From Felis catus (taxonomy: Eukaryota), in assembly GCF_018350175.1 (NCBI RefSeq), contig NC_058368.1:88476001-88540000 (forward strand): a stretch of DNA of 64,000 nt. The letters run 5' to 3'. Below are positions 51,890 through 64,000 of the stretch, one piece after another. Positions within the stretch are counted from its first letter, which is position 1; every line of letters starts with the position of its first letter. The notes beneath the pieces are model-generated. The model had not been told where the DNA came from. It ran no database searches and saw only the letters and a program-made list of their open reading frames with translations. The translations under genes were made by a program, and so were the position numbers.

Positions 51890-53500
51890 CAGGCCACAAG
51901 GGTCTCTGGCTGAAGTCCATCCCAGGTCAATGGGGGACTCAAGGGCTCTATTTTCTACTATGTTGAAGGGTTCCGAGTTGTCTTGGTGTCCTGGGCACAT
52001 GATTGCTCAGTCCAAAGCTGGTTTGGAGAAGTTGCAACCAGAGGGCTCCTTTTAGACCTGGTGTTCTGGAGATCTGATTGTTCTATAATCTGCTGTGTTG
52101 CACGGGTTTTAGTCTGAGGCCACTTGGTCAGTCTGGTGTCTGTGGGGACTATGTCCCAGCATTGGGACAGGGAACTTATTGTCCCAGGGCCCCAAGTGGG
52201 TCTGGTGTTCTCGTGTTTGAATTGCAAGGTCTGCTGGCTGAGGTCTCCCATCAGAGTGCATATGGTAAGTCAGACATCCGAGTTGCCCTGTGTGTCACGC
52301 AACTGAAGAGTTTTGGTTCAGAGAATACAAACTCAGCCCAATGTCTGGGGACTCCTTTTCCCTGTGTTTAACTGGGTTAGAGGTGTCATGGCCTCAGGGC
52401 TTTCAGTGGGCCTCGTGTTCTGTGGACTTGGTTGCCCTGTTCTCTGCTTAATTAGAAGGCTTCCCCACTATGTGACTCCTTTTCCTGGTGCAGAGTTGGG
52501 TTGGAAGGCTTCTGTTCTTAAGGCTCCTTATCAGTCCATTGTCCAAATAATATATTTACCCAGTGCTGAGCTTGGCTAGTAGGCTTGTCATGTAAGGGTT
52601 CATGTAGACCTAATGTCTGAGGGACTCAAGCCTAGTGCCAAGCTTGGTTGGGGGGTTAATGGGCAGCTGGCAATCTTGGTGTTCTGGGGACCTGATTGTC
52701 TTGTGCTCTGCTCAGCTGGAGGCCTTGTGATAGGAGAGGTCCTGGTCAGCCTGGTATCCAGGGGATTCTTGTGTCCAGTGTTCAATTCCTTTGGTAGGCT
52801 TGTGGCCTGAGGGCTTCTGGTGGGCACAGTGTGATGGGAACTCAATGATGCTGTGCTCTGCTTGTTTGGAGGGCTCATGAGCGCAGGAATCCCTATCAGC
52901 ACAGTGTCCAGATGACTCCTTTGCCAAGAGCCAAGCTGGGTACAAGGGTTTGTGGGCTGGAGGCTACTGGTTGGTCTTGCGTTTTGAGGACCCAATTGCA
53001 CTGTTCTCTACTGGTCTAGAGAGCACCTAGTTAGAGAACTCCTACTCATCAAGTCCAGAGGTCTCCTTTGCCAGTGTCCATCTGGGTTGGAGGGCTTATG
53101 GTTTGGAGGCTCCTCCCAAGCGTTGTGTTCTGTGGACTTGACTGCCTTGTGTTCTTCTGGTTCAGAGGTTTCTTGTTCAGAGGACTTTCCCTCAGCCTGG
53201 TGTCCAGGGTCCTCATTTAATAGTGCCTAGCTGGGTTGGAAATTTCATGGTCTCAGGGCTCCAAAGAGGCCTGGTGTCCTTTACTCTGTTGCATTGGAGG
53301 GCTGCTACTTGGCCCAGTGTCTTGGGGATTCTTTTGCCTGGTGAAGACCTGGGTTACAGTGCTTATTGTACTAAGGCTCCTGGTCACTGTACTGTCCGAA
53401 TGTGACATATGTCCAGTGTCAACCTTGGTTGGAGGGGTTTAGCATGTGTGCTCCTGGTAAGCCTGGTGTTTTGGGCACTCAAGTGCCCTATGATTTACTG
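51890..53500. repeat. Degenerate satellite, ~145-150-bp monomer
   Basis: Motif like cctggtgttctg(g/t)ggacctgattgc..tgt(g/t)ctctgc recurs near 52057, 52200, 52410, 52675, 52822, 52974, 53121, 53270 and 53461. Confidence 0.7.
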
Positions 53501-53509
53501 GATGTCACA

Positions 53510-54530
53510 GAGATGGCAATTATGCAACCAAAAGAAAGAAAAGGCATCCAAATTGGTAATCAAAAAGTAAAACTTTCACTATTTTCAGATGACATGATAC
53601 TCTATAGAGAAAACCCTAAAAAGTCTACCAGAAAGTAGAATTGATAAATGACTTCAATAAATTTCAAGATATAAAATGAATGTGCAGAAACCTGTTGCTT
53701 TTCAATACACTATTAATGAAATAGAAGAAAGAAAATCTAAGAAAACAATGCCACTTGCAATTGCACCAGAAGTGATAAAATGCTTAAGAATAAACCAGGC
53801 CAAAGGGGTGACAGACTTATACTCTGAAAACTCTAAAATATTCATGAAAGAAGTTTAAGATTACATAAAGACAGGGGAAGACATTCAATATTCATGGATG
53901 TGAAGAACAAATATTAAAATGTCTCTACTACCCAAAGCAATCCACGAATATAGTGCAATCCCTATCAAAATACCACTAACACTTTTCACAGAACTAAAGC
54001 AAACAATATTAAAATGTGTATAGAGCCCCAGTAGACCAAGAATACCAAATGGAATCTTGAAAAAGAAAAACTGGAGGCATCACAATTCCAGACTTCACGT
54101 TACATTACAAATGTGACATAAATAATACAATACGGTGCCATGATGAAAACAGACACACAGATCAGTGAAACAGAAAGAAAACCAAAAAATAAACCCACAA
54201 TTATATGGTCAATTATTCTTGGAGAAATCAAGAAAAAACAAACATTGGGAAAAAGATAGTCTCTTCAACAACTAGTATTGGAAAACTGGAAAGCAACATG
54301 TACAAGAAGGAAACTGGATCACTTTGTTACATTATAGAAAAAAGTAAATTTAAAATGAATTGAGACCTGAAACCCTCAACATTCTCAAGGAGAACAGAGG
54401 CAGTAACCTCTTTGACATTTGTTATAACAACTTCTTACTAGATATGTCTCCTGAGGCAAGAGTGTCAAAAGAAAAAAATGGATTATTTTGGATTAAATCA
54501 CAATAAAATGTTTCTACATAGCAAAGGGAT
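53510..54530 (+). mobile_element. Decayed L1 ORF2 fragment (RT to C-terminal half)
   Basis: KGIQIGNQKVKLSLFSDDMILYRENPK in the ORF track; both ends truncated. Confidence 0.9.
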
Positions 54531-54534
54531 CAAT

Positions 54535-56930
54535 ATGCATGGCTGTTGTTTCAGAGTCTCTGTCCTTCAGTGCCTTGACCCTAACCTTACCAATGGTTCT
54601 TGCCCTCCAGAGGCCCACCTACTAGGTCTAAGCCAAAAACAGAATCAGGGCCCATTCCAGGCATACATGATTCAGTGAGAAGCCCAGAAGTTGCCAATGC
54701 CAATTCCAAGGTAATGATGGGACTACAGAGGGTATTCTGAACCCAATCCTATACCTCACCCACACACTTGGCCAGACCCCTAGCTGAACCCCTAAACCTG
54801 ACACTCACCCTGGCCCTTGCACTCAACAAAGCCCTCTGGGGGAAACATGGCCTGATGTTGGTTCTGACCTTGTCTCCTCCAGGGACATAAACCTAACCGT
54901 AACCTTGGCTGTGGTATTAGGGTTCTCCTGTCTTAGCTCTGGAGAAAGAATGGGCTTGAGACCCTTGACCGGCATGACATTCATCAGGGAAGAATGTGGC
55001 AGATCACCATGACATTTTAATGTCTGGGATGGAACTCCAGAAAGGGATCCCAGCTACAGCTGGTCTGTCTCACATTTTCAGCCAATCCCTGAAGCCAAAC
55101 CCAAGTCTGATCAACACGCTGACATGTGCTCTCAACCATTCCCATGGAGGAGATCACTGCACTGCTTGCGGTTCATCCCATGCCACCCTGGGGACCTGAA
55201 CCCTGTCCTTTCAATGCCTCTGGCTCTGATGTTGTCCACCAAGCAGGTGTGAGCAGAGAAGTGACTTGGGGCACTTGACTGGTACAGAATCGCTGAGAGA
55301 GAAAGCCACATGTAAGCCAAGACATTTCCACATGAGGCTTGCGCCGATAGAAGGAGATCCTGAACTCAAACATCCACCTGGCCCACACAGTCAGCCTGCC
55401 CTTGAAGCCAGATCCTAAGCCTCACTCATGCTCTAATAAGCACCCACCATTCAGGCCTCTGAGGGGAGCCTGCACTGCTATTCGCTCATCCCCTGCCCCC
55501 TCCTACTACCTAAATGAATGGCTAGCCATGGATCTGGATTCTAGGGGCATCACACGCCAACTGTGGGCCAGGAACAGAACCACTGTTCATGGCCACCTGA
55601 GATTTCTTCAGGGAGGAAGCCAGATTTCGTCATCACAAGTACAAGACCATATGGGCCTGCAGACACACATCATGAGCCCAGACCTTGGCCTCTCTGAGTC
55701 ACTTGGTGAAACCCTGGAGCCAAATGATAAGCCTGACTAGAACACTAACACGCACCCTCAACTCAGTCTTCTGGGCAGGTCATTGCATGACTGTTGTTTC
55801 AGATGCTATGTCTTCCAGTGGCTTGATCCTAACCCTACCCATGGTTCTTGGCCTCAGGGGGCCCTCCTAGTAGGTCTCAGAAAACAACAGATTCAGGTCC
55901 CTTGCCAGGCATACAATGATTCAGTTAGAAGCCCAAAAATTCTCCATGCCACTTCCAAGGCAATGATGGGTATACAGAATAAAATGGAAGTTGGAACCAA
56001 ATCGTACACCTCATCCACACACTTGGCCAGCGCCCTAGCCAAAATTCTCAGTCTGAAACTCACCTTGTCCCTCGTGCTCAACACAACCCTCTGTGGGGAA
56101 CACAGCCGTGATGTTGGTTCTGACCTTGTCTCCTCCAGGGATCTAACCCTAACCCTAAACTTGGTTCTGGTCTTAGGGGTTCCCCATCCTAGCTCTGAAG
56201 AAAGAATGGACTTGAAACCCTTTAGTGGCATGACATCCATAAGGGAGGGATGCAGCCAAGCACCATGACATCTTCATATCCAGGATGGAACTTCAGGAAA
56301 GGATCCAGAGTTAAAGCATAAGCCTGTCCCACATGTTCCGCCAACCCATGAAGCCAAATCCTAAGCCTAACCTGCACTCTCACATATGCCCTCAATCATT
56401 CCCAAAGGGGAGATCACTGCCTTGTTTGTGTTTCACCACCTGCCACTATGGGGAACGAAACCATAACCCTAGTCATGCCTCTGGCCCTAAGGTAGTACAC
56501 CAAGCAGGTGTGAGGAGAGTAGTTATCTGGGTCTTGGGTAATTTTACTGGCACAGAATCACTTAGCAAGAAATCCTGATGTTCACCATGACATTTCCACC
56601 CCGAGGCTTGTGCCTATAGAAGGATATCTTCAGCCCAAAACTCTACCTGGCTCCCAGAGTTTGCTGCTCCTTGAAGCCAGCTCCTACTGCTCACCTGTGT
56701 ACTATAAATCACCCTCCACTTAGCCCTCAGGGAAAGCCCTTCACTGCTACTGCTTCATCCCCTGCCCCCTCTCAGGTCCTAACCTACCCTAGCCCCTTAC
56801 CCCTGTGGCCTCAAGAGTTTCCAGGCCACAGCTGTGGTCCAGAATCAGAATTGTTGCCACCTGAGATTTCTTCAGGGAGGAAGCCAGAAGTTTGTCATGA
56901 CATGTACAAGGCCCATCAGTGGGAAGACTA
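54535..56930. repeat. Degenerate satellite, ~313-bp monomer x ~8, arranged as two ~1.25-kb 4-mer higher-order units, with TAACCC-like motifs
   Basis: Anchor recurs near 54677, 54988, 55297, 55611, 55925, 56243, 56562 and 56875; monomer n resembles n+4 most (tgaccttgtctcctccaggga at ~54865 and ~56121). Confidence 0.85.
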
Positions 56931-56959
56931 ACAACATGGTTCTATAGCAAATGCTAAAC

Positions 56960-58620
56960 TCAACACATCCATCTGAGCTTGGAAATAAGTTAGAAAATGG
57001 TAGAAATTAGGTGTTGTACTTCTTACCATAATGAAAATATTAAACATAGAGAAGATTAAGCTGAGTGAGAAATTATTAACTAATTGCCAGAATGGCATTC
57101 AGCACTCATAAGAAGGGGATAACATAATCCAGAGGTTCAATGTTGTCACTGTCTCATGTCCAGCCTCCAATAAAAAACTACTCAATGTCTAAGTAAGCAG
57201 GGAAATGGGACTCAAGACTAGGATAATAAACAGTTCACAGCCAAAGACTCCCAAATAAGAGGTGACAAAGTGAAAAGAGAAATTAGAAATATGATCAGGA
57301 ACTAATGAAAAACGTACATGTGATGTGGGAGAAAGGGAATTCCTAAAGAAGAATCAAATCAAATTTCGAGAGCTGAAAATAGGATATGTGAAATGAAAAA
57401 CTACTCCAAATGGGCTTTAAGAATTGGATGAGGGGTGCTTGGGTGGCTCACAAGGTTGAGCGTCTGACTTCGGCCCAGGCCATGATCTCATGGTTTGTGA
57501 GTTCGAGCCCCGTGTTGCGCTCTGTGATGACAGCTCAGAGTCTGCAACCTGCTTCGGATTCTGTGTTTCCTTCTCTTTCTTCCCCTCCCCAACTTGTGCT
57601 CTATTTCCCTTTCAAAAATAAATAAATATTAAAACATGAATGATGGCATGGTGAAGACAAAAAACAAACAAACAAACAAACAACTGAGTGCTTAAATGTA
57701 CAGCAATAAGAACTATGCAAGAAGCCCAGAGAAACAAGGAGATGGGAAACCAATGTAAAGACCATCAGTGACTCATAGGACAACACCAGAAAGGATGGGG
57801 CACAAGAGTAATGGCTTAAATGTCCAAAATGTATGAAAACCATAAAACCACCCATGCAAGAGTTTCTGTGAGTGCCAAGCAGAAAACAAACACAAAATCA
57901 GACGGTGACCTGTAATAATGAAATTGTGGACATAACTGCAAAAGACAAAATCTGAAAATGGTCAGAAAAAACATGATACACATGGGGAAAATGGTAAGTG
58001 GGATGACAACTCTTTATTAGAAGAAAATGCAAACCAATAACGTTGAATGGCATCTTTAAAGTCTGCCAGTGCCAACCTTGAATTCCACACCTAGAAAAAT
58101 TTCCTTAAATGAGGGAAGAAAACTAAATCCATTTATGGAATATCAACACTGAGAATGTCTGTGAATAGACTTTCACTATGAGAAATGTCAATGGGACTTC
58201 TTCAGGGCAACAGAAAACAGTACCAGATGGGCACTGGTATCTAGGAGGAATGAAAAAGGAAGAAATAGTAATTGGAAAAATATCAGACTTTCATTATCTA
58301 ACTTAAAATTTTCCTTTACAAATACTAGACAGTTTAAAGAAATATAAAAGCAATATACTGTTGAGTATGTAGGAAGCGTCAAGAAAAATATAGGACAACA
58401 ATGGCACAAAGGTCAGAAAGGGAAAATGGAAGTTGATTGTTCTGAGTGTATTGTTCATACAATGAAGTAACATATGTATGTGGGGAAATAGTATTTGATG
58501 GCAACGGGTGACAGATTAATGACTCAAGTTATCAATTCTCAAACAACCACTAAGACACATTAGCCACCCCACTTAAAAAAAGAAGGATAGCTAGTAAATC
58601 TTTACTAGACATTGCGGAGG
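56960..58620 (+). mobile_element. Ancient L1M 5'/ORF1-region fragment
   Basis: A-rich decayed ORF1-like text (gaatcaaatcaaatttcgagagctgaaaa; gttgaatggcatctttaaagtctg). Confidence 0.6.
57431..57634 (+). mobile_element. SINEC_Fc-type SINE
   Basis: ggggtgcttgggtggctca...gagcgtctgacttcggcccagg...gacagctcagag...cctgcttcggattctgtg (feliform form). Confidence 0.93.
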
Positions 58621-58668
58621 AAATACCAAAATAATACCAACATAATATTCATGAATCGCAGTAAACTG

Positions 58669-58837
58669 AGGGGTGCTCAGGTGGCCAAGTCTGTTAAGTG
58701 TACGACTCTTGATTTTGGCCTAGGTCATGATTTCAGGGTCTGTGAGATTGAGTCCTGTGTGGGGACAGCACAGAACCTGCATGGGATTGTGTCTCTCTGT
58801 CCCTCCCCTGTTCACACACACTCTCTCTCTCTCTCAG
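58669..58837 (+). mobile_element. SINEC lacking its A tail
   Basis: SINE head and CT tract present, but aaaataaataaa is absent after 58837. Confidence 0.85.
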
Positions 58838-60044
58838 TTGTGACCAGACAGCTTGAAGGAATGAAGCCCCAGGAAACAGCAGCCAGATACCTTGCTTGCA
58901 AGGTTCCCATCAGTCACTTCAGGTGAGTGAAGGGTCCACTCTGGGAAAGTGCCAGTACCTCAGGATATTTCGGAGACCTCGAGAAGAAAAGAGTTAACCC
59001 CAATCAGTGGGGACTGCAGGCAATGTCTGGTGGCAAGTATATGGCTTGGCCTCTGCCCTTGAGGAGCTATTAGAAATTAATCTGATATTGCATATAAGTT
59101 CCAGCAAAGTGGGTTGAAAACAGCCTACATGATTGAGGGCTATCCTTGCTGCACTTATGTAAAGAACCAGGCTGAGAATCATGAAAGTACACTTGCTTTG
59201 CAAACAATTTAGTCTCACTTGCACCATAGTTGGAAGTAAGGGGAATAATTTAGTTTTTGTATTTATGATTTCAGCATTTAGCACGACCCGAGTAGTTGCA
59301 AATAGAGTTTTCTGTGCACAGAGCTTCCTGCAGTTTTTGTAAAGAAAACCCTCAATTGACAGAAACAGGCAGTGGATGAGTGGAAACAGCACCATGGTCC
59401 TCAGTCCCCACATGCAGGACGGGAATCACAGAAAATTGAACTCAAGTCATGACAAAGTGATGTTGGAGACCATTAGCATATACATGGGGTGATTAATTTA
59501 AGAGAACAATGAAGATTCATCACACAGTTGTGTGGATGTTAGATTCTAAACCTGTTCACTGTAAACTGTACGAGGGCTGGATCCTTCCAGGCTCTTCTGA
59601 TGTCTGGCAGCAACTCTCCAAACCCATGTTTGCAATTTTTTCCTAGTTTCTGACTTGGAATCACTGAGGACTAAAGTGCCCTTTTCCCAAAGCCATGCAG
59701 GCTGATGTGGGACAATGTGATGCTTCCAGACCAACATCTAGAAATTTCCGCTGGGGTTGCCTTCAGAACTCAGAAGTGGGGCTATAATCTGCCCTAATCT
59801 TTAACCTTTTTCATTTTGTTACTATGGAAATGTCCCTTAACAACCTGTTGCAAATATGCACACCCCAATTTTGGTGCACCTGCACCCCCACCTCCTAAAA
59901 TGAGACACAACTGCAGGTGCGTTGACCTCTTCTGAGGACTAATAGCCTGACTTATGACACAGGAAACACCAACGCAGGGCAGGTCCAACCCTATTTACAC
60001 CACATCCCCCACTGCCTATGAACCTTAGGTCAGTGACCTCACCA

Positions 60045-62880
60045 CCAGTTTCTCACCTTGCACAGGAAGTCTGGGCCACAGGGGACAGGGAGTGAAGCTC
60101 TGTGCTGAGAGAGGAAGGTCACGATGCTGTTCTGTGCTGTCCCTCAACTGCAGGATCCAAGATGGCCCATCCGGGATGAGGGGAGGAGAGCAGAGTGACA
60201 GCGCCCTGGTGATTGGACACCTAAGACAAATATGAGAGGCTCCTGGTGATTGGGCATGTGAGCAAGACTACACTGAGAGCCGCTTGTTGATTGGACACAG
60301 GAGTGAGACCATCATGAGAGCTTCCTGGTGATTGGACACAGGAGTGAGACCATTCTGAGGGCCTTGGTGTTTGCCAAGAGGTGCTGTGGTTACGTTAGGG
60401 GGGTAAGGACATTAACAAATCGAGGCACCCATGGCTCCCAGTGCAGAGACCGGGTTCCATTCCCCTACCATGCCAATGGCTCCTGACTACATAGTCAGCA
60501 CAGTGGAGCCCCCAACATGTCCTCAGAGAGCCATGGATCCAGCCCTACTCCTTTCTCTAATTCCATAATTTTCACACCATACACCCTGCTCAGCAAAGGG
60601 AATCTTCCATTCCATAGGTTGAGCCACCTGCACCTCTTTGCCCCTGTAGATAGGCAGCTGGCCTTCCATACAGCAAGTCCAGCTGCCTATCCTGCCCCCA
60701 CCCTCCTCGACCCATCTGTATTTATAGTGGGGGTCCAGCCTCAGGCTTTCCTTTGCTGTTCCCAGAGCCATCCTCTGTCTATGCAGCTCATCACCACTGC
60801 CTGGTTCCTGGGATCTGGCTGAAAGAGTCTGCTACCAGTCCTCACGCACACTGCTCCATGCTGCCTTCCAAGAATGTGTGCCAAGAAGTTTGGGCAGTGA
60901 GGATCAGGACCTCAGAAACTCCCACTGCCTCCTGTGAGCCCTGGCTATGAATATGTTCTTGGCCCCCAAGTGGTGAACCATTACCATAAAGTGACAAACT
61001 GGCCCCAGGGACCCTTCCACCCTAACACATCTTGTGACTCTGTAAGACACATGGAAGGTCAGGACACAGAGCAGGAAGAACAACCCAAACAGAAATGTGG
61101 GGCATCTCTACCTAGACATGAGGAATTTGAGGCTATTACTCAAGCACCAATTCCCCCTCCAGCAGAGGGTCAGGTATAGGGATGCCTGTGAAGGTAGAGG
61201 TTGTTTTGATCCCTCTGTGGGGGGTTTACTCCCACATGTCAGTGATTCATGGCTGGATTCCAAGACCCAGTTGGTGCTTTCAGCCATCAAGTGCAGTACA
61301 CGTATTGGGTCACTGTGCTCAGGTGCTGGTGGATCCATGGCATACAGGTTTGGGGCCAACTTCAGTCTGATGTCCTGGTAACATAGCACTTAGGGAGCCA
61401 TTATCTTTTTGGGAATTTTCTCTTGAGTGAGTAAAGGCTTCCATGACTAAGGACAAGGGAAAGACCCTCATCTGGGAACCTGTCCTTCGAAAGAAAGCCA
61501 TAGATAAAGCTTTGAGAAATTTGGGTGGAAAACTCATGTTTACACAAATGCTTTTAATATAGGCAGGGAAAGTGATAAATAACTCTTCAAGAAAGAGTTT
61601 GAGTTAAATAATTCCCTCACATGTGTGTGTGTGTGGGGGGGCACCACAGCATGAAAAATCTGATTTTAATTTGGTGTACCTGAAAGATGAGGTTGAAAGA
61701 CCTTGCCAGAGCACCATGTCTCCTTGAACATGCTGTACGTGAGGAGGGAGCTGGGAGCAAGGAGGGAGACCCAGGCCAGGGGAACAGAGGAGTCATAGGC
61801 TGAGCTCTTCCAGCCTAAGGAGAGGTCCTCCAGACAGGCAGTGGGGGGAGGTGTCAGGGGCAGTTTAGATCTTTGAGCTTCAGAGTACTTTGTCCACATT
61901 CAGGGCTTCCTGGAAGATTTTGCCTTCTAGGCCACATTTTCAAAGGACACAGGTCACCACACATGCTGACCCCAGGAGGACATAGAAGGAAACCTGGGCT
62001 GGTGTGTGGGTCACCTCCTGGAGTGGAGCTAGCATGAGCTTCAGTATGTCTATCAGCTTTAATTAAATGCAAAAGAAGAGCATTTTGGTGATTGTGATGC
62101 ATACTTCAGGATTGTGGTCACCAAAGTTCCACACCACTCCCTGCATTCCCTGGTGGTGGGTAAGGTCTCCATGGCTCTTAGACAGTGGCATGAACTACAG
62201 GGTGCTGGCATACTGCACAACATGGCGATTCTAGTCAACATTTGTCACACACATTGACTCCTCTAGAACTCAAGACCAGATGCTGAGGTGGGTGCCATTC
62301 TGGTAGAAAGGAAAATGGAAGCAGAATGTCTGCACACAGATATTTCTGCAGAGAGCATTTCTGACCTAAGACCTCACAACCAGTTTGTGTTGACACTTGG
62401 GTCTGAGTTCTGGCCATTTAACCTCTTAGTTTGCAACAAGGCCATTCAAATTCCATTGGCTAAAGCAAGTCATACAGCCAAGCCCATTTGGAAAGAAATG
62501 TGAATGTGGTCCACGGGGAGAGCCATGACCGGGAAGAGAAGGTGAATAACATGGGGACAAATAATACAACTTACCTTACTCTGCTAGCCTATAATCCCCT
62601 AAACAGAATTACCTGATTTATTCTGTTTTGCAGTGGCAAGGAACATGCCTAGTATTTAGCAAATGAAGACAAGAAGATTGAAGGAAAGAACATGGCCCAC
62701 TTTATTTGAAACATGTTTGTGGTTCTATGTCTTTTCATTTGGATCCAGAAAGATTTAGGTTTGAATGCAAGTACCCTTGTTTTTAGTGCATGATTTTTGG
62801 CAGTAACATCGGTCATAGTTAAAATAAGAACAGACAACATTTCTTGAGTGTTTAACATGAATTATAAACACTGCTAGGTT
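60045..62880 (-). repeat. Segmental duplication unit, copy C (inverted relative to A and B)
   Basis: Reverse complement is collinear with 27640-31530 minus B's insertions; includes the shared MIR tail at ~62790-62880. Confidence 0.95.
60055..60375 (-). promoter_or_regulatory. Putative promoter and first exon of copy C: ~4-5 CCAAT units, YY1-like and ETS-like motifs, splice donor
   Basis: tgattgg cores on + near 60209, 60247, 60288 and 60329; CCAAGATGGC at 60157-60166; caggaagt at ~60063; donor AAG|GTGAGA (GT at 60056-60055). Confidence 0.55.
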
Positions 62881-62884
62881 TGAA

Positions 62885-64000
62885 GTGATCCAGGGACTGT
62901 GCCAGAGGGAAACCTAGCTGGGTGGCAGCAAAGACTTGCTGGGTGCTGGTGCCTGTGCCCAAGAGAGAAGTAATAGGTGATGAATCAACAAAAGCTACCT
63001 GTGTGGTGCTTCCCAAGACTTGCTGGGTGCTGGTGCCTGTGCCCAAGGGAGAAGTAATAGGTGATGAATCAACAAAAGCTACCTGTGTGGTGCTTCCCAA
63101 GACTTGCTGGCTTGGCTTTATATTTGGAAGTCAGCAAGGGCCATATGGGTACAACAGACTGAGGACAATGAATGTCAAGAGATGTCTGGAAGCAGATATT
63201 TCAGGGAGGAGAGGGGTCCAGTTGAGCCTGGTGTCCTTTGACACAAAGGATACAGCCAGGTTGCCCCTGAAGTGGATTCCAGGGTGGCCATTGACCCTGG
63301 AAGACTTGAATTTTCCTGCATCTATCCTGTGTGCATTCCCGCTGGGGGCTGGAGGGACAGTAGGAGCAGGAGCAGCCCTACACCAGGCAGGGGGAAACCC
63401 TGGAGTTGCTCAGCCCCACACTTCAAGATGGGCACACACTCACCCCACAGTGCTCTATTGATGGTATGGGGTGCTGCTTCCTCCTCATAGCCTCAGTCAT
63501 CAGTGATGCCTGGAAACCCACCCAGGGTGTGGTGGCCATCTTGCCGGGTCCCCTTGTCCCCAGAAATCACAGTCTTCTTTGCTCATTGCAACCCCAAACA
63601 TCTTTTGTTTGTATGGCCTGAAAGTGTCAGGTGCAGGGGAGGAGTTGCTCCAGCATTGTTTCTTTTCCAATATTACTTAGGTATTATCTTCGTCTGGTTC
63701 TTCTTCTGGGCCACCACTGAAGCTGTTGCTGGGGTTTGAGGGCACTCCTGCTTCACTTTCTGTTACATCTTCTGCGTCATCTGGAGCATCGTGGACACGG
63801 TTCAGCTTTTTTCTTTTGCAGCTTCAGGAAAACATCAGGTGCAGCTGCACGAGATCGTGTGGCAGGATGTTTGGGGCAGATCTGACAACAGGTCTAGGGC
63901 TTATTTTGGAACATGCCTTTTGAAGTCTTGGGGTGGAAGTTTCCCTGTAGAACTCATGGCTGGCATGAAGGAAGAGACCCTTCCATGGTTGTCCCAGGGC
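62885..64000 (-). pseudogene. Possible decayed POM121/NPAP1-like retrocopy fragment
   Basis: Minus-strand EKKQCWSNSSPAPDTFRPYKQK resembles POM121 [32 protein letters not shown]...TSTQQVFAAT resembles PIFGGATHSAF...ASSQPAFGGS; stops present, and the spacing between motifs is much shorter than in POM121. Confidence 0.3.
62931..63110. repeat. Near-perfect 84-bp tandem duplication
   Basis: aagacttgctgg at 62931, 63015 and 63099; the two full units differ at one visible base (aagagagaag vs aagggagaag). Confidence 0.97.

Noticed and set aside
56140..56160. Interstitial telomeric repeat
   Set aside because: Only 2-3 hexamers, embedded at a fixed position in a satellite monomer
58994..59413. 139-aa minus-strand ORF as the gene driven by promoter C
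   Set aside because: No recognisable homology or supporting structure; kept only as part of the region to search
62922..63461. 179-aa plus-strand ORF
   Set aside because: Length is inflated by the 84-bp duplication; no recognisable domain, and the minus strand looks more protein-like

Overview
Mammalian (feliform, probably felid) genomic DNA, judged from SINEC_Fc-type tRNA-derived SINEs and carnivore-type L1s. More than half of the window is LINE-1, including three near full-length copies with different 5' UTRs. I see no intact protein-coding gene. The non-repeat sequence is a rearranged patchwork containing: (1) a decayed processed pseudogene of PRKAG2 (AMPK gamma-2; 24.5-25.5 kb, minus strand); (2) three diverged copies of a segmental-duplication unit (A 9.7-11.2 kb +, B 27.6-31.5 kb +, C 60.0-62.9 kb -), where B and C end in a ~41-bp CCAAT-box array (12 vs ~4-5 units), a YY1-like motif, an ETS-like motif and a splice donor, so they look like two convergent promoter/first-exon modules; (3) an unidentified multi-exon gene relic on the minus strand at 39-44.3 kb with several symmetric phase-1 exons; (4) two degenerate satellites (~148-bp monomer, and ~313-bp monomer in a ~1.25-kb 4-mer higher-order repeat with TAACCC motifs); (5) a possible POM121/NPAP1-like fragment at the right end. 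L1 mechanics are readable directly: TSDs, a twin-priming inversion and a probable 3' transduction. The architecture resembles an ampliconic sex-chromosome or pericentromeric duplication zone; that is inference, as no chromosome can be assigned from the sequence alone. All family assignments are from memory, not database searches.
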